From positions 1-60,509 of the forward strand of contig CAZUHN010000237.1 in NCBI GenBank assembly GCA_964620535.1: DNA of 60,509 nucleotides, read 5' to 3'. The position numbers were made by a program, and so were the translations under genes. The stretch comes from an uncultured Nitrospinaceae bacterium. GTDB taxonomy: Bacteria > UBA8248. Below are positions 28,052 to 37,019 of this stretch, in pieces. The number at the start of each line of letters is the position of its first letter. Position 1 is the stretch's first letter. The notes under the pieces were generated by a model, which saw only the letters and a program-made list of their open reading frames with translations, searched no databases and was not told where the DNA came from.

Positions 28052-29968
28052 CTAATTTCCTTCCCCTTGACTGCGGAGGACACGTTTATCTCCCACACGC
28101 AGTGTGACGCGAACGGTGTCAAAGTATTCCAGGAGCGGAATCGCATGCTTGCGAGTGATGCCGAGAAGATCGCGGAATTCTGCGGCCGTGATCTCCTTTT
28201 TTTCCGTTAGACATGCAACCAACCGGTTCTGTGCCTCTTCAAGTGCTTCTCGGTGATAGACGATGTTATCTTTGAGGCGGATTAATTTGCACTCGTCAAT
28301 GAGTACCTGGAGTATCTGTTGGCCAGAGGTCACTTTTGCTTTGTTTTTGGCGATGGCATCTTCCGGGGAAGGGGGTTGAAAACCTGCTATTCGAAATGTT
28401 TCTTCCAGCGCCCCCTTTACTTTCGTCAGTTCCGCGTCCACCCGTACCTCATGTGAGGAAAGACGTAGATTTGCCCCTTGTTCTGCCACCTGTCCGCTGG
28501 AGATTAGTTCGGCAAGCGCCATGGCGAAGATCCGCTCCCGGTCGGCCTTCGTTTTTCCCCGCACCTCTTCTTTGGCCGCACCGGGTCGAAGGGGATTGGA
28601 TTTGTGGTAATCTCGGAGAAAAGTCAAGATGGATTGTTGAACAATTCCGAAATTCTCTGTCGACAGGGAAAGGCCTGTCTCCTCTTCCACAATGCGAACG
28701 GATCCATCTTCGGCGAGGGCCTGGAGTTGTTTTCTGATTTCCTCTGGAGTCAGGGTAAGGCGGCCTGTGAGCTCTCGGACGGTCGAGCCTGTTGTGCCTG
28801 CGTCTCCCAAAAAGATCTGAAGATGCCCCGCTTCATCCTGTGTGTAAAGATTCTGGAAATGGCTCAAGGCTGATGCGCGCAGGCGGCGGTGTTTGCGGGG
28901 CATGACATCGAGAATTTCTCCCCCGCCAATTGTGACGATGGGCGAATAGCTCCGGATAACGAAGCGATCCCGGGGGAGGGTAGCCACTGGCGATTCCAAG
29001 CGGAGTTGTGCGTATGCGCTCTCTCCAGGCTTAAGAGCATCTTGGCTGATCATATAAACCCGGCCCATCACCTCAGTGGTTCCGGCGTGGAACCGTACTC
29101 GATCGCGCGTTTTGAGGGGGCGCGGCGCATCTTCGAGATGTTCGAGGAATACGTCCAGCATGTAAGAGGGCTTGATATCTCCGGGATGACCAAGCACGTC
29201 CCCGCGTGTGATCTCGGCGTGCTCGATCCCCTGGAGATTTACTGCCGTCCGCAGTCCGGCCCCTGCATTTACTACTGCCTCCCCATGTACTTGAAGGCCT
29301 CGAACGCGGGCCTGAATATTCCGCGGATAGACCTCTACCCGATCCCCCAGTTGAATCTGGCCGCTGAAGAGCGTTCCCGTGATAACTGTTCCGAAACCAC
29401 GCATGACAAATACGCGGTCGATCGGAATTCGGAAAATTCCCGTTTTACTTTTGGGCTCTTCTATTTCGGCGAGCGAGGCAAGCCCTTTGAGCAAGGCTTC
29501 GAGGCCTTCCCCCGTTTGAGAGGACACGGGTATGATAGGCATCTTTTCCAGAAAAGTGCCCTTCACGAAGTCGATTAGGTCTTCTTTGACGAGTTCGGTC
29601 CATTCCGCATCGACGAGGTCAATTTTCGTCAGTGCTATGAGCCCCGTCTTTACGCCGAGGAGTTGGCAGATGGCAAGGTGCTCGCGCGTCTGGGGCATGA
29701 CGCCTTCATCGGCAGCGATGACGAGAATAACGAAATCGATACCTCCCACACCGGCAAGCATGTTCTTAACGAACCGCTCGTGTCCTGGGACATCCACAAT
29801 TCCCGCCCTGACACCGTTGATGTCAAGATGGGAAAATCCGATCTCAATCGTGATGCCACGCTCTTTTTCTTCCTTGAGACGATCTGTGTCGACGCCGGTA
29901 AGAGCTTTTACGAGAGAGGTCTTTCCGTGGTCAATGTGACCGGCCGTACCAATGATGAAGTGTTTCAT
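28052..29968 (-). CDS. selB: Selenocysteine-specific translation elongation factor SelB
   Basis: [19 protein letters not shown] (G1), DVPGHERF (G3), and a long C-terminal winged-helix extension for SECIS binding. I preferred the ATG at 29968 over the ORF-track start at 30046, which would overlap selA by 41 nt. Confidence 0.92.
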   Translation of the reverse strand: MKHFIIGTAGHIDHGKTSLVKALTGVDTDRLKEEKERGITIEIGFSHLDINGVRAGIVDVPGHERFVKNMLAGVGGIDFVILVIAADEGVMPQTREHLAICQLLGVKTGLIALTKIDLVDAEWTELVKEDLIDFVKGTFLEKMPIIPVSSQTGEGLEALLKGLASLAEIEEPKSKTGIFRIPIDRVFVMRGFGTVITGTLFSGQIQLGDRVEVYPRNIQARVRGLQVHGEAVVNAGAGLRTAVNLQGIEHAEITRGDVLGHPGDIKPSYMLDVFLEHLEDAPRPLKTRDRVRFHAGTTEVMGRVYMISQDALKPGESAYAQLRLESPVATLPRDRFVIRSYSPIVTIGGGEILDVMPRKHRRLRASALSHFQNLYTQDEAGHLQIFLGDAGTTGSTVRELTGRLTLTPEEIRKQLQALAEDGSVRIVEEETGLSLSTENFGIVQQSILTFLRDYHKSNPLRPGAAKEEVRGKTKADRERIFAMALAELISSGQVAEQGANLRLSSHEVRVDAELTKVKGALEETFRIAGFQPPSPEDAIAKNKAKVTSGQQILQVLIDECKLIRLKDNIVYHREALEEAQNRLVACLTEKKEITAAEFRDLLGITRKHAIPLLEYFDTVRVTLRVGDKRVLRSQGEGN

Positions 29969-30005
29969 CAGTTCCAGGAGTCCCGCCGATACCCGTTTCG
30001 GCGTT

Positions 30006-31463
30006 TCATTGGATGAAGGGGTCATTCTCAGAGTGAGAGTTTGCAAGGGCGTGGAGCCCTGCAGCGAGAATATCGATCTCTCCGTCGTTCACGCAGCGCA
30101 TGTCGAGGATAATCCGGTTGTCTTCTATCCGGCATATGATGGGAGGACTGAAATCTCTGAGACGGGCCTCCGTGCGCTTTGCGGAGATTTTTTGCGGCGA
30201 GAGCGAGATCGCAGCGCTTTTCAACTCCGCCAGGGGCATGGCCCCTCCTCCTACTACTGCAATGGAATCGACGATTTTGGCTTGGAGCCTTCCAACGGCT
30301 TCTTCTTCAATTGCACCCATCAAAGATTCGGCCCGTAGAAAGGTGCGTTCTGGTTTTTCTGCGAGCATTCGCAGGGCAGGAATTTCTTCCAATGCGCGTT
30401 CAGGGTCAAAGTAGGCACGGAGGGTGGCTTCGAGAGCCGCCAGGGTAAGTTTGTCCGGGCGCAGGGTGCGCATCAGAGGATGTTTTTTCATCTTATCGAT
30501 TACGCTGGTTTTGCCGACCGCGATTCCCGCCTGAGGCCCGCCTAGGAGCTTGTCGCCCGAAAATGTTACAATGTCCACCCCGGCGTTTATGGAAGTGGCT
30601 ACGGTAGGCTCTGGAGGAAGGTCTGGGAGATTGATAAAGCAGCCGCTTCCCAGGTCTTCCATAACTGGAATGTCTCGCTCGCGGCCGAGAGCGCAAAGAC
30701 TTTCTCTCGAAACTTCTTCGGTGAACCCCAATATTTTGAAATTGCTTGCGTGAACTTTGAGAAGAAGTGCCGTGTCCGGCCCAATGGCGTTTTCGTAGTC
30801 GATGATTCGGGTCTTGTTTGTTGTCCCAACTTCTGCGAGTCGCGCCCCGCTTTGAATCATAATATCGGGAATTCGAAAGGAGCCCCCGATTTCAATTAGC
30901 TCTCCCCGAGATACTACAACGTTTCGGCCTTCGGCCAAGACGAGGATGGCGAACATAACGGCTGCAGCATTATTGTTCACCACTAGGGCGGATTCCGCTC
31001 CAGTTAGTCGCAGGAGGGTCTCTTCGACAATGGCTTCCCGTTTCCCCCGTTGTCCAGTAGAAAGATTATATTCCAGGTTTGAATACCCTTGCGCCACCCG
31101 CGAAAGGGATTCCGCAGATGCATCGGACAGCGGTGCGCGCCCCAGATTGGTGTGGAGGATGACGCCGGTGGCGTTTATTGCGTACCGAAGATTTGGCAGG
31201 CTGTCGGCCAGCAAGCAATTTTTGGCTTCCTGACCAATTTCCTTTATAAGCTTTTCGCGAAGAACTGGTCCCTTTTGGGGTCCATTCATGGGCGAGACTC
31301 CCGCCTGGAGATCTTGGCGATAAATATTGATGGCGTAGCGTGCTGCATCGATGAGCCGTTGGTCGGAAGATCTACCCATTCCGGCGTCCCGGAGTTCGGC
31401 CACTAGCTCGTCAACCGAAGGAAGATAACGGAGCAATTTGGTAGAATTTTCAGGGAGTGACAT
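30006..31463 (-). CDS. selA: L-seryl-tRNA(Sec) selenium transferase SelA
   Basis: 485 aa with INATGVILHTNLGRAPL, NNNAAAV and the PLP-lysine motif VTFSGDKLLGGPQAG, all characteristic of SelA. Confidence 0.93.
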   Translation of the reverse strand: MSLPENSTKLLRYLPSVDELVAELRDAGMGRSSDQRLIDAARYAINIYRQDLQAGVSPMNGPQKGPVLREKLIKEIGQEAKNCLLADSLPNLRYAINATGVILHTNLGRAPLSDASAESLSRVAQGYSNLEYNLSTGQRGKREAIVEETLLRLTGAESALVVNNNAAAVMFAILVLAEGRNVVVSRGELIEIGGSFRIPDIMIQSGARLAEVGTTNKTRIIDYENAIGPDTALLLKVHASNFKILGFTEEVSRESLCALGRERDIPVMEDLGSGCFINLPDLPPEPTVATSINAGVDIVTFSGDKLLGGPQAGIAVGKTSVIDKMKKHPLMRTLRPDKLTLAALEATLRAYFDPERALEEIPALRMLAEKPERTFLRAESLMGAIEEEAVGRLQAKIVDSIAVVGGGAMPLAELKSAAISLSPQKISAKRTEARLRDFSPPIICRIEDNRIILDMRCVNDGEIDILAAGLHALANSHSENDPFIQ

Positions 31464-31732
31464 GGACGAAGATTATCTCCAAAATACGGCATTATTTTCG
31501 AATATACGCAGGGGTATTTCGAAAGGTCAACCAGGAAGGACTGCTGGAAATTACGGCCCTCATAATTATCTCGCCCCCCGGTGAGATTCTGTGGCGGGAA
31601 ACCAAGACGGCGTTGAGGGCCATCCCATGTGATTGCCGAAAATGGCCGAGCCGCGATTTGGTATGGTTTTGATCCGCCGAAAGATTTGGGAGATCAGATG
31701 AATTTGGGTGATATTTCCAGGGAGATTATTTT

Positions 31733-32365
31733 ATGGAGTCGTTATTGAAGCAAATCCTGGAGTTTACTGCCCATCCGGTGATTATTATCTTTGCCTCTGT
31801 TTTTATTTTTTTTCTTCTGGCTTGGCTTGCACTCCCTTTTGCATTATACGGTATTCGGCGCCGCCTTGACCGCATTGTTCAATTGTTAGAGCAGAGTGCG
31901 CAGGTATCTGCCGGAAGAGGGGACGCGTCGGCAGTGCCTCCCGATTCAACGGGTAACGAAAACGTGGCCAGCGCTCTTTTCGTCGATTTACGGAGGGACC
32001 TTATGCGGATAGCCCGTCCCCTTCGTGAGCGGGTATTCGATCAGAAAAATGTTGTCCTGTATTATGAAAGGGGTGGGGGGGATAATGTAGAATTGGTTTT
32101 TCTCTCCCTGCGCGATGAATGGGTTCTCATTTCGTTTCCGATCGAGGAGTTGAGCGTTTCGGTGACTGGTTTCTCTTCCGACCAGTTTCAGAGTCATATT
32201 GCATTGTTTCTCCAAGAGGAGTTCGGTTATTTTTCGGTTCTTAGCCCGGACGGCCGAGAACTCCAGATCCATTTGGAGCCGAGGGAGACCAATAAACTGG
32301 AGTTATTTGTAGGAATAGTGAAGGAGCAGTTAGTGAATTTGGTGGAGAAGGAGTCGGTGAAGTGA
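31733..32365 (+). CDS. Hypothetical membrane-anchored protein
   Basis: 210 aa with one N-terminal TM helix (VIIIFASVFIFFLLAWLALPFALYGI). No motif recognised. Confidence 0.55.
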   Translation: MESLLKQILEFTAHPVIIIFASVFIFFLLAWLALPFALYGIRRRLDRIVQLLEQSAQVSAGRGDASAVPPDSTGNENVASALFVDLRRDLMRIARPLRERVFDQKNVVLYYERGGGDNVELVFLSLRDEWVLISFPIEELSVSVTGFSSDQFQSHIALFLQEEFGYFSVLSPDGRELQIHLEPRETNKLELFVGIVKEQLVNLVEKESVK

Positions 32366-32842
32366 AAGAACTCCTCGGTTTGCTAAAGGAAGTCGATCGT
32401 ATTTTTCGGGACGAGCACACGATACAGCCGTGCGGACGAGTAAGCCCATCTTGACTAAGCTTAAAGGAATATCCCTTCGGTCAGAAGCAAACCGGCGTCG
32501 GCTCGATGCCTTGCGCCAATAGCTGAAGCACCCTGGGGAATCGAGAGGATGAACCCCCGCGCTCTATTTCATCTTTTATTTTGTTGAATTTTCTGTATCG
32601 GGAAGGGAGTTGCCGCCCGAAAGCGGTGAAATGATTCATTCCTGCTGCGGGACCTTCCTTTTTCGTTGATGTTCACGGAAATTTCCGTAAACGCTCATGG
32701 GCGGGCTTTCGCCGGCCGCCGATCTTGACACCCCCGACCCCCGCTGTTAGGTTCGCGCCCGGAAGCGGAAGAATTGTAATTATAGAAAGACTGCGCCGAT
32801 TGCCATAATTGACGTTATTTATATTTTATTGCCTCTTCATTC

Positions 32843-33874
32843 ATGGTTCTCGAAGGTATTCCGCTTTCAGGACATCGGATGACTACTCTCGCCCCACAGC
32901 CCGATCTCTTCGTTCCCGATCCCGACAAACGGGTCGTCCCTTTCATGCGGGACGTATTCACCGTTCCGAAAAGCGGGCGCGAAAAACCCCGTCTCATCGG
33001 TTCGGTTTGTACCGAGTGCGAGGAGTACTTCTTCCCGAAAACGGGCGTCAAAGCGACCTGTGACAACCCCTTCTGCCCGCGAAGCACGAAAGAAACCCTG
33101 TTGAGCGGAAAGGGAAAGCTCCTCTCCGCGACCGTTACGAGATCCTCTGCGGAAGACGAAGAGCGCGCTTCGGCCGTCATTCTCCTTGAAGAAGGGATCA
33201 AGATTAACTCCCACCTCGTGGGCTGGGAGGGTTTTCGGGATCTTCTCGTACCCGGAACTCCTGCCGAGTTGGTTCTCCAGGAAATCGAAGAGAATGACGA
33301 GGGTGCAACCGTGGTGGGATACGCTTTCAGGCTCGTAACGGGAAGGCGGAAGCCAAAATTCCCTGAACTCGAGGAGAAAGGTTCCGAGAGGGGGAAATCG
33401 GCGGAAACGTGTTTCTCTAAATCACAGGAGCGGAAGGTGGAACGGGCGGCGGCGAAAAAAGCTGCGGCGGCCAAGAAGGTCAAAGTCCTCGCCCGGAAAA
33501 AAGCGGCGGCGAAAAAAGCTGCGACGGCCAAGAAAGCTAAAGTCCTCGCCCGGAAAAAAGCGGCGGCGAAAAAAGCCACGGCCAGGAAGGCCAAAGCCCT
33601 CGCGAGGATGAAGGACGCCCAAAAAAGGAAGGACGCGAAAAGAAGGGCTGCGAAAAAGAAAGCGGCCAAAATGCATCTCCCCAAAGCGGCGCGAGGGAAG
33701 GCAAGAGGCCGCCCGCTCCTCTCCAAGGGAAAAGCCAGGAAATCCGTCAAGAAAAATGCCGCCCAGAAAAAACCGGCGGAGAAGACCTCCAAATCCTCCG
33801 TAAGAAAAAAGATCGAAAAGAAGTCCCTCAAGCGAACCTCGCGAAAAAAGAAGGTCATTCGTAGAAAAAGCTGA
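32843..33874 (+). CDS. DUF35-type Zn-ribbon/OB-fold protein fused to a histone-H1-like Lys/Ala-rich repeat tail
   Basis: The N-terminal half has a four-Cys ribbon (CTEC...CDNPFC) followed by the OB-fold pattern SGKGKLLSATV...VILLEEGIKI. The C-terminal ~160 aa is AAKKAAAAKKVKVLARKK-type repeats and a basic tail. Confidence 0.75.
   Translation: MVLEGIPLSGHRMTTLAPQPDLFVPDPDKRVVPFMRDVFTVPKSGREKPRLIGSVCTECEEYFFPKTGVKATCDNPFCPRSTKETLLSGKGKLLSATVTRSSAEDEERASAVILLEEGIKINSHLVGWEGFRDLLVPGTPAELVLQEIEENDEGATVVGYAFRLVTGRRKPKFPELEEKGSERGKSAETCFSKSQERKVERAAAKKAAAAKKVKVLARKKAAAKKAATAKKAKVLARKKAAAKKATARKAKALARMKDAQKRKDAKRRAAKKKAAKMHLPKAARGKARGRPLLSKGKARKSVKKNAAQKKPAEKTSKSSVRKKIEKKSLKRTSRKKKVIRRKS
33446..33613 (+). 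repeat. 57-nt (19-codon) tandem repeat, about 2.9 copies, inside the Lys/Ala tail
   Basis: Copies of GCGGCGGCGAAAAAAGC...AAAGTCCTCGCCCGGAAAAAA begin at 33446, 33503 and 33560. The first two are near-identical and the third has diverged. Confidence 0.85.
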
Positions 33875-33905
33875 TCTCATAACTAACCCTCTTTGGATCG
33901 AACTC

Positions 33906-35072
33906 ATGCGCATTCTTGAAAGCCTCCGGGTAATCGATGCCAGCCAGTTCCTCTCAGGCCCCATCGTTTCTCTCTATCTAGCGGGATACGGCGCGGACGT
34001 CATCAAGGTGGAGCGGCCCGGCGGTGAGGATGCCCGCGCCATTGGGCCCTTCCGCGGTGGTCAAAGTTCCTATTTCATGAGTCTAAACAGGGGAAAGCGA
34101 TCCATTATGGTCGATCTGAAACAACCCCGGGGGGTTGAGGTCTTCAAACGCCTTGCCCGCAAGGCGGATGTTCTCGTCGAAAATTACCTTCCCGGTGTTA
34201 TGGACCGCTTGGGCGTGGGTTACGAAACCCTTCGTACCGAAAACCCAAAACTTATCTACGCCGCTATCTCGGGATTCGGTCAGAGCGGCCCCCAAGCCAG
34301 CCGCCCGGCTTTCGATAGCCTCCTCCAGGCGGCGGGCGGGCTCATATCGGTGACAGGCCCTGTGGGCGGTCCGCCCGTTCGGGTGGGTGTCTCAATTGTA
34401 GACATTTCGAGCGGCCTCTATCTTCTCTCGGGAATTCTCTCCGCCCTTTGGAGCCGTGAGCGCACGGGAGAAGGCGTACGGGTAGACGCTTCCATGCTCG
34501 ATGTGACGGCCAACCTTATGGAAAATCCCGTCTCGCGGCACAGCTTCACCGCCAAAATCCCAGCGCCCGAAGGTCTTTCGCACCCCGTCGTCTCCCCCTT
34601 TTCCGGCTACGCCACCGAGGACGGTCTTATCTTTGTCGCCGTCTCGAACGACAACCGTTTCCGTGTGCTCGTTGAAGCCCTCGGCCGGCCTGAATTGGCG
34701 GAGGACCTCCGCTTCGCCGGGAACAATGACCGCATCAACAACGACGAAGCGCTTCGGCGCATTCTTGAAGATATCCTCACGGCCAAGACCACCGGTGAGT
34801 GGGAAGAAATTCTCATTCCGCAGGGGGTTACGGTGAGCGCCATCAACGATGTCACCCGCCTCAAGGAAAGGTTTCCGGAGGCATTCGTGAACGTGGACCA
34901 TCCCGCCGCCGGTCCCGCGCTCCTGCCGGGTACCCCGCTCAGGTTCAGCAACGCTGAAACGGACTTCTCCTCCCCCTCCCCCCTGGCCGGACAGCACACC
35001 GGCGGAATTCTATCGGAACTCGGATATCGCAGTGAGGAAATCGAAGAAATGCAGCGGGAAGGGGCGGTGTAG
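33906..35072 (+). CDS. Family III CoA-transferase (CaiB/BaiF/formyl-CoA transferase family)
   Basis: LRVIDASQFLSGPIVSLYLAGYGADVIKVERPGGED and the overall length are typical of CoA-transferase family III. Confidence 0.88.
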   Translation: MRILESLRVIDASQFLSGPIVSLYLAGYGADVIKVERPGGEDARAIGPFRGGQSSYFMSLNRGKRSIMVDLKQPRGVEVFKRLARKADVLVENYLPGVMDRLGVGYETLRTENPKLIYAAISGFGQSGPQASRPAFDSLLQAAGGLISVTGPVGGPPVRVGVSIVDISSGLYLLSGILSALWSRERTGEGVRVDASMLDVTANLMENPVSRHSFTAKIPAPEGLSHPVVSPFSGYATEDGLIFVAVSNDNRFRVLVEALGRPELAEDLRFAGNNDRINNDEALRRILEDILTAKTTGEWEEILIPQGVTVSAINDVTRLKERFPEAFVNVDHPAAGPALLPGTPLRFSNAETDFSSPSPLAGQHTGGILSELGYRSEEIEEMQREGAV

Positions 35073-35527
35073 GCGCCACGCGCGCGGAAGCGGCCCAAAG
35101 AAGAGAATCCGCCGGCGGGCTGAAACGGGCGCTTGGACACCCGGCGATTAACCGATATTTCCCAGATAACCTGATGGTACCGTACCAACGTCTGCCCGCG
35201 CGGATGTGCTGAGTCTCTCCTACTTCCTCCCGCCCAGCCTCTTTTCTATCGCCTCCGCCCGCGCCTTGAGCGCGGCGGCCTTGATCGATAAATCCAGGTC
35301 AAAAGATTATTGAAAATTCGCTCATTCAGCATGGACCGGTTTTCGGGGGGAAGGTCAAGGCCATGGCGCCACTCGTGTTCTTCGGCTGGCTTGTTTCGGC
35401 TGTATTTTTCGTCCTCGGATGGCGGATTTGCAAATGAAAGGAAACGGTTAATTCGTAATTCGGGTGACCGGCCGCCCTCCCGGCGCCGGCCGAAATCCAG
35501 TTGGAAATCGGAAAATCACGCTTCACG

Positions 35528-36853
35528 TTACGGAATATACGCCCAGAGGTCGAGCGCTACTGTCGCCCCCGAAACGGGCAGCGGGCAGTTGGCGTATTCG
35601 ACGATGGTATTTGCTGGTGGCTCGGTGCCGAATCTGTCATTCCAGATTTCAGAGCCCAGGCATAGCTCTTCAAAATCCGAAAAAAGAGTCTGGGTCCGGA
35701 CGATGTTGTCAAAACCCGATCCCCCAGCCGCCTGCACGATCTTCTCGGCGTTCCCGAGGATGTACGCCATCTGCTTGCGGATGCCTTTTTCATGCCAAGG
35801 GTAATTCGGATTGACCCGGCACGAATCGGGAAAATGCCCCTTTTCGTCAGCCGCGATGCCGGTGGAGAGGAATACCAGGTTTCCGGCCCTCACGGCGTGC
35901 GGTTCGTGGAGGGGCCATTTGGGAACCCCGCGCGCTTCAATCGTTTCAGATTTTATGCCGCTGTCCCGGGTGAGGGCGACGAAATTGATTTCGATCAGGC
36001 ATCTCTTCCCGCCGAGGCCGTCGGTGGGGGTGATGGTTCGCGCGGGCGGATTATTGGGGAAATACTCCTTCCAAATTTCGTCGAGCCTTCCCACTTCCCG
36101 CATTCCTTCGGCGGTGAGGTACACCTGGGCCTTGACGGTGAGGTCCAACGACGACCCGGCATCCTCCAGAATGATGGAGAGACGGTCGATCGTGAAGCGC
36201 GTTTGCAGCTCGAAATCGCTGCCGTACCAAAAATCCTTGTTCGTCTGGGCGGCGGGCGCGACGCCCTGGTTCCAGTCGGTCGGGATGTCGCCGGAGCAAA
36301 AAACGTAGGGTCCCACACGGATGGCATGACTGTAGCCTGCGGGCGCGTGGGAGATGCGCGGAGAGGTGATGGCCTCCTTCTTCCATTCGCTGTCGTTCGC
36401 GATCGCCACGAATTCGACCATGAAAATGGCGGATTTGACGGGAAGGTTGCTGCAGCGCATTCCGGTCGAGGCGGGTCTTCCGGCCGATTCCGGAATGTAG
36501 GCGTTCCGCACGATCCAGGCGTCCGTTACCGAGCTGATGTGGCCGGTGGGCGTATCCTCGAGAACGCCGAACCGGTCGGTGCGCACCGTATTTTCGAAGG
36601 AAGAGCCGCCCGCCTCCAGGATTTTTTTGATATGGGGATAAGTGTATTCGGTTTGGAGGCGGAGTTCGCTCAACTGGAGATCGGGACACAGCGGATCGCG
36701 CCTGGCTTCCGGAGGCAGGCCGTGTTCGGAAAAGTCCGTCGGGAGTTGTCCGGAGACAAAGACCCAAGGTCCCGCTTTGACGGCGGGCGAATAAGGGGTG
36801 GAAGGCATCGGTATTCCTTTCGGGACGATCGCTTGGCGAATCCGCTTTGCCAT
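35528..36853 (-). CDS. Three-domain RidA/YjgF/UK114-family protein
   Basis: Three RidA-like core motifs lie in one chain: YSPAVKAGPWVFVSGQ, YSHAIRVGPYVFCSGD and PHAVRAGNLVFLSTG. I chose the ATG at 36853, preceded by AAGGAG. Confidence 0.75.
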   Translation of the reverse strand: MAKRIRQAIVPKGIPMPSTPYSPAVKAGPWVFVSGQLPTDFSEHGLPPEARRDPLCPDLQLSELRLQTEYTYPHIKKILEAGGSSFENTVRTDRFGVLEDTPTGHISSVTDAWIVRNAYIPESAGRPASTGMRCSNLPVKSAIFMVEFVAIANDSEWKKEAITSPRISHAPAGYSHAIRVGPYVFCSGDIPTDWNQGVAPAAQTNKDFWYGSDFELQTRFTIDRLSIILEDAGSSLDLTVKAQVYLTAEGMREVGRLDEIWKEYFPNNPPARTITPTDGLGGKRCLIEINFVALTRDSGIKSETIEARGVPKWPLHEPHAVRAGNLVFLSTGIAADEKGHFPDSCRVNPNYPWHEKGIRKQMAYILGNAEKIVQAAGGSGFDNIVRTQTLFSDFEELCLGSEIWNDRFGTEPPANTIVEYANCPLPVSGATVALDLWAYIP

Positions 36854-37019
36854 TTTCTCGCTCTCCTTTGCCGGTCCACGTGGAAATAGGGAGAAAGGCT
36901 TTTCCGCAGCCCCTGCCGGTGCATTGTTCCAGCAGTTTTCTCCCGGCCTACAAATCACAGCGGATGAGGCGGTTCGCCAGCGGGGTCGAAAAACTTCAGC
37001 CTATCTTACTTTTTGAACC

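Noticed and set aside
28052-30046. SelB start at 30046 (664 aa)
   Set aside because: It would overlap selA by 41 nt and add 26 residues before the G1 motif. SelB proteins normally begin a few residues before GHxDHGKT, so 29968 is preferred.
26783-32842. tRNA-Sec (selC) near selAB
   Set aside because: I scanned the intergenic regions on both strands for a TCA anticodon loop (CTTCAAA-like) flanked by complementary stems and a GGTTCGA-type T-loop. Candidates at about 25878 and about 42590 do not fold. A proper tRNA scan is still needed.
32815-33858. 347-aa minus-strand ORF opposite the DUF35-H1 fusion
   Set aside because: Its Phe/Ala-rich repeats (FFAAAFFRAR...) are simply the reverse complement of the Lys/Ala repeats. 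The plus strand carries a recognisable Zn-ribbon/OB-fold domain.
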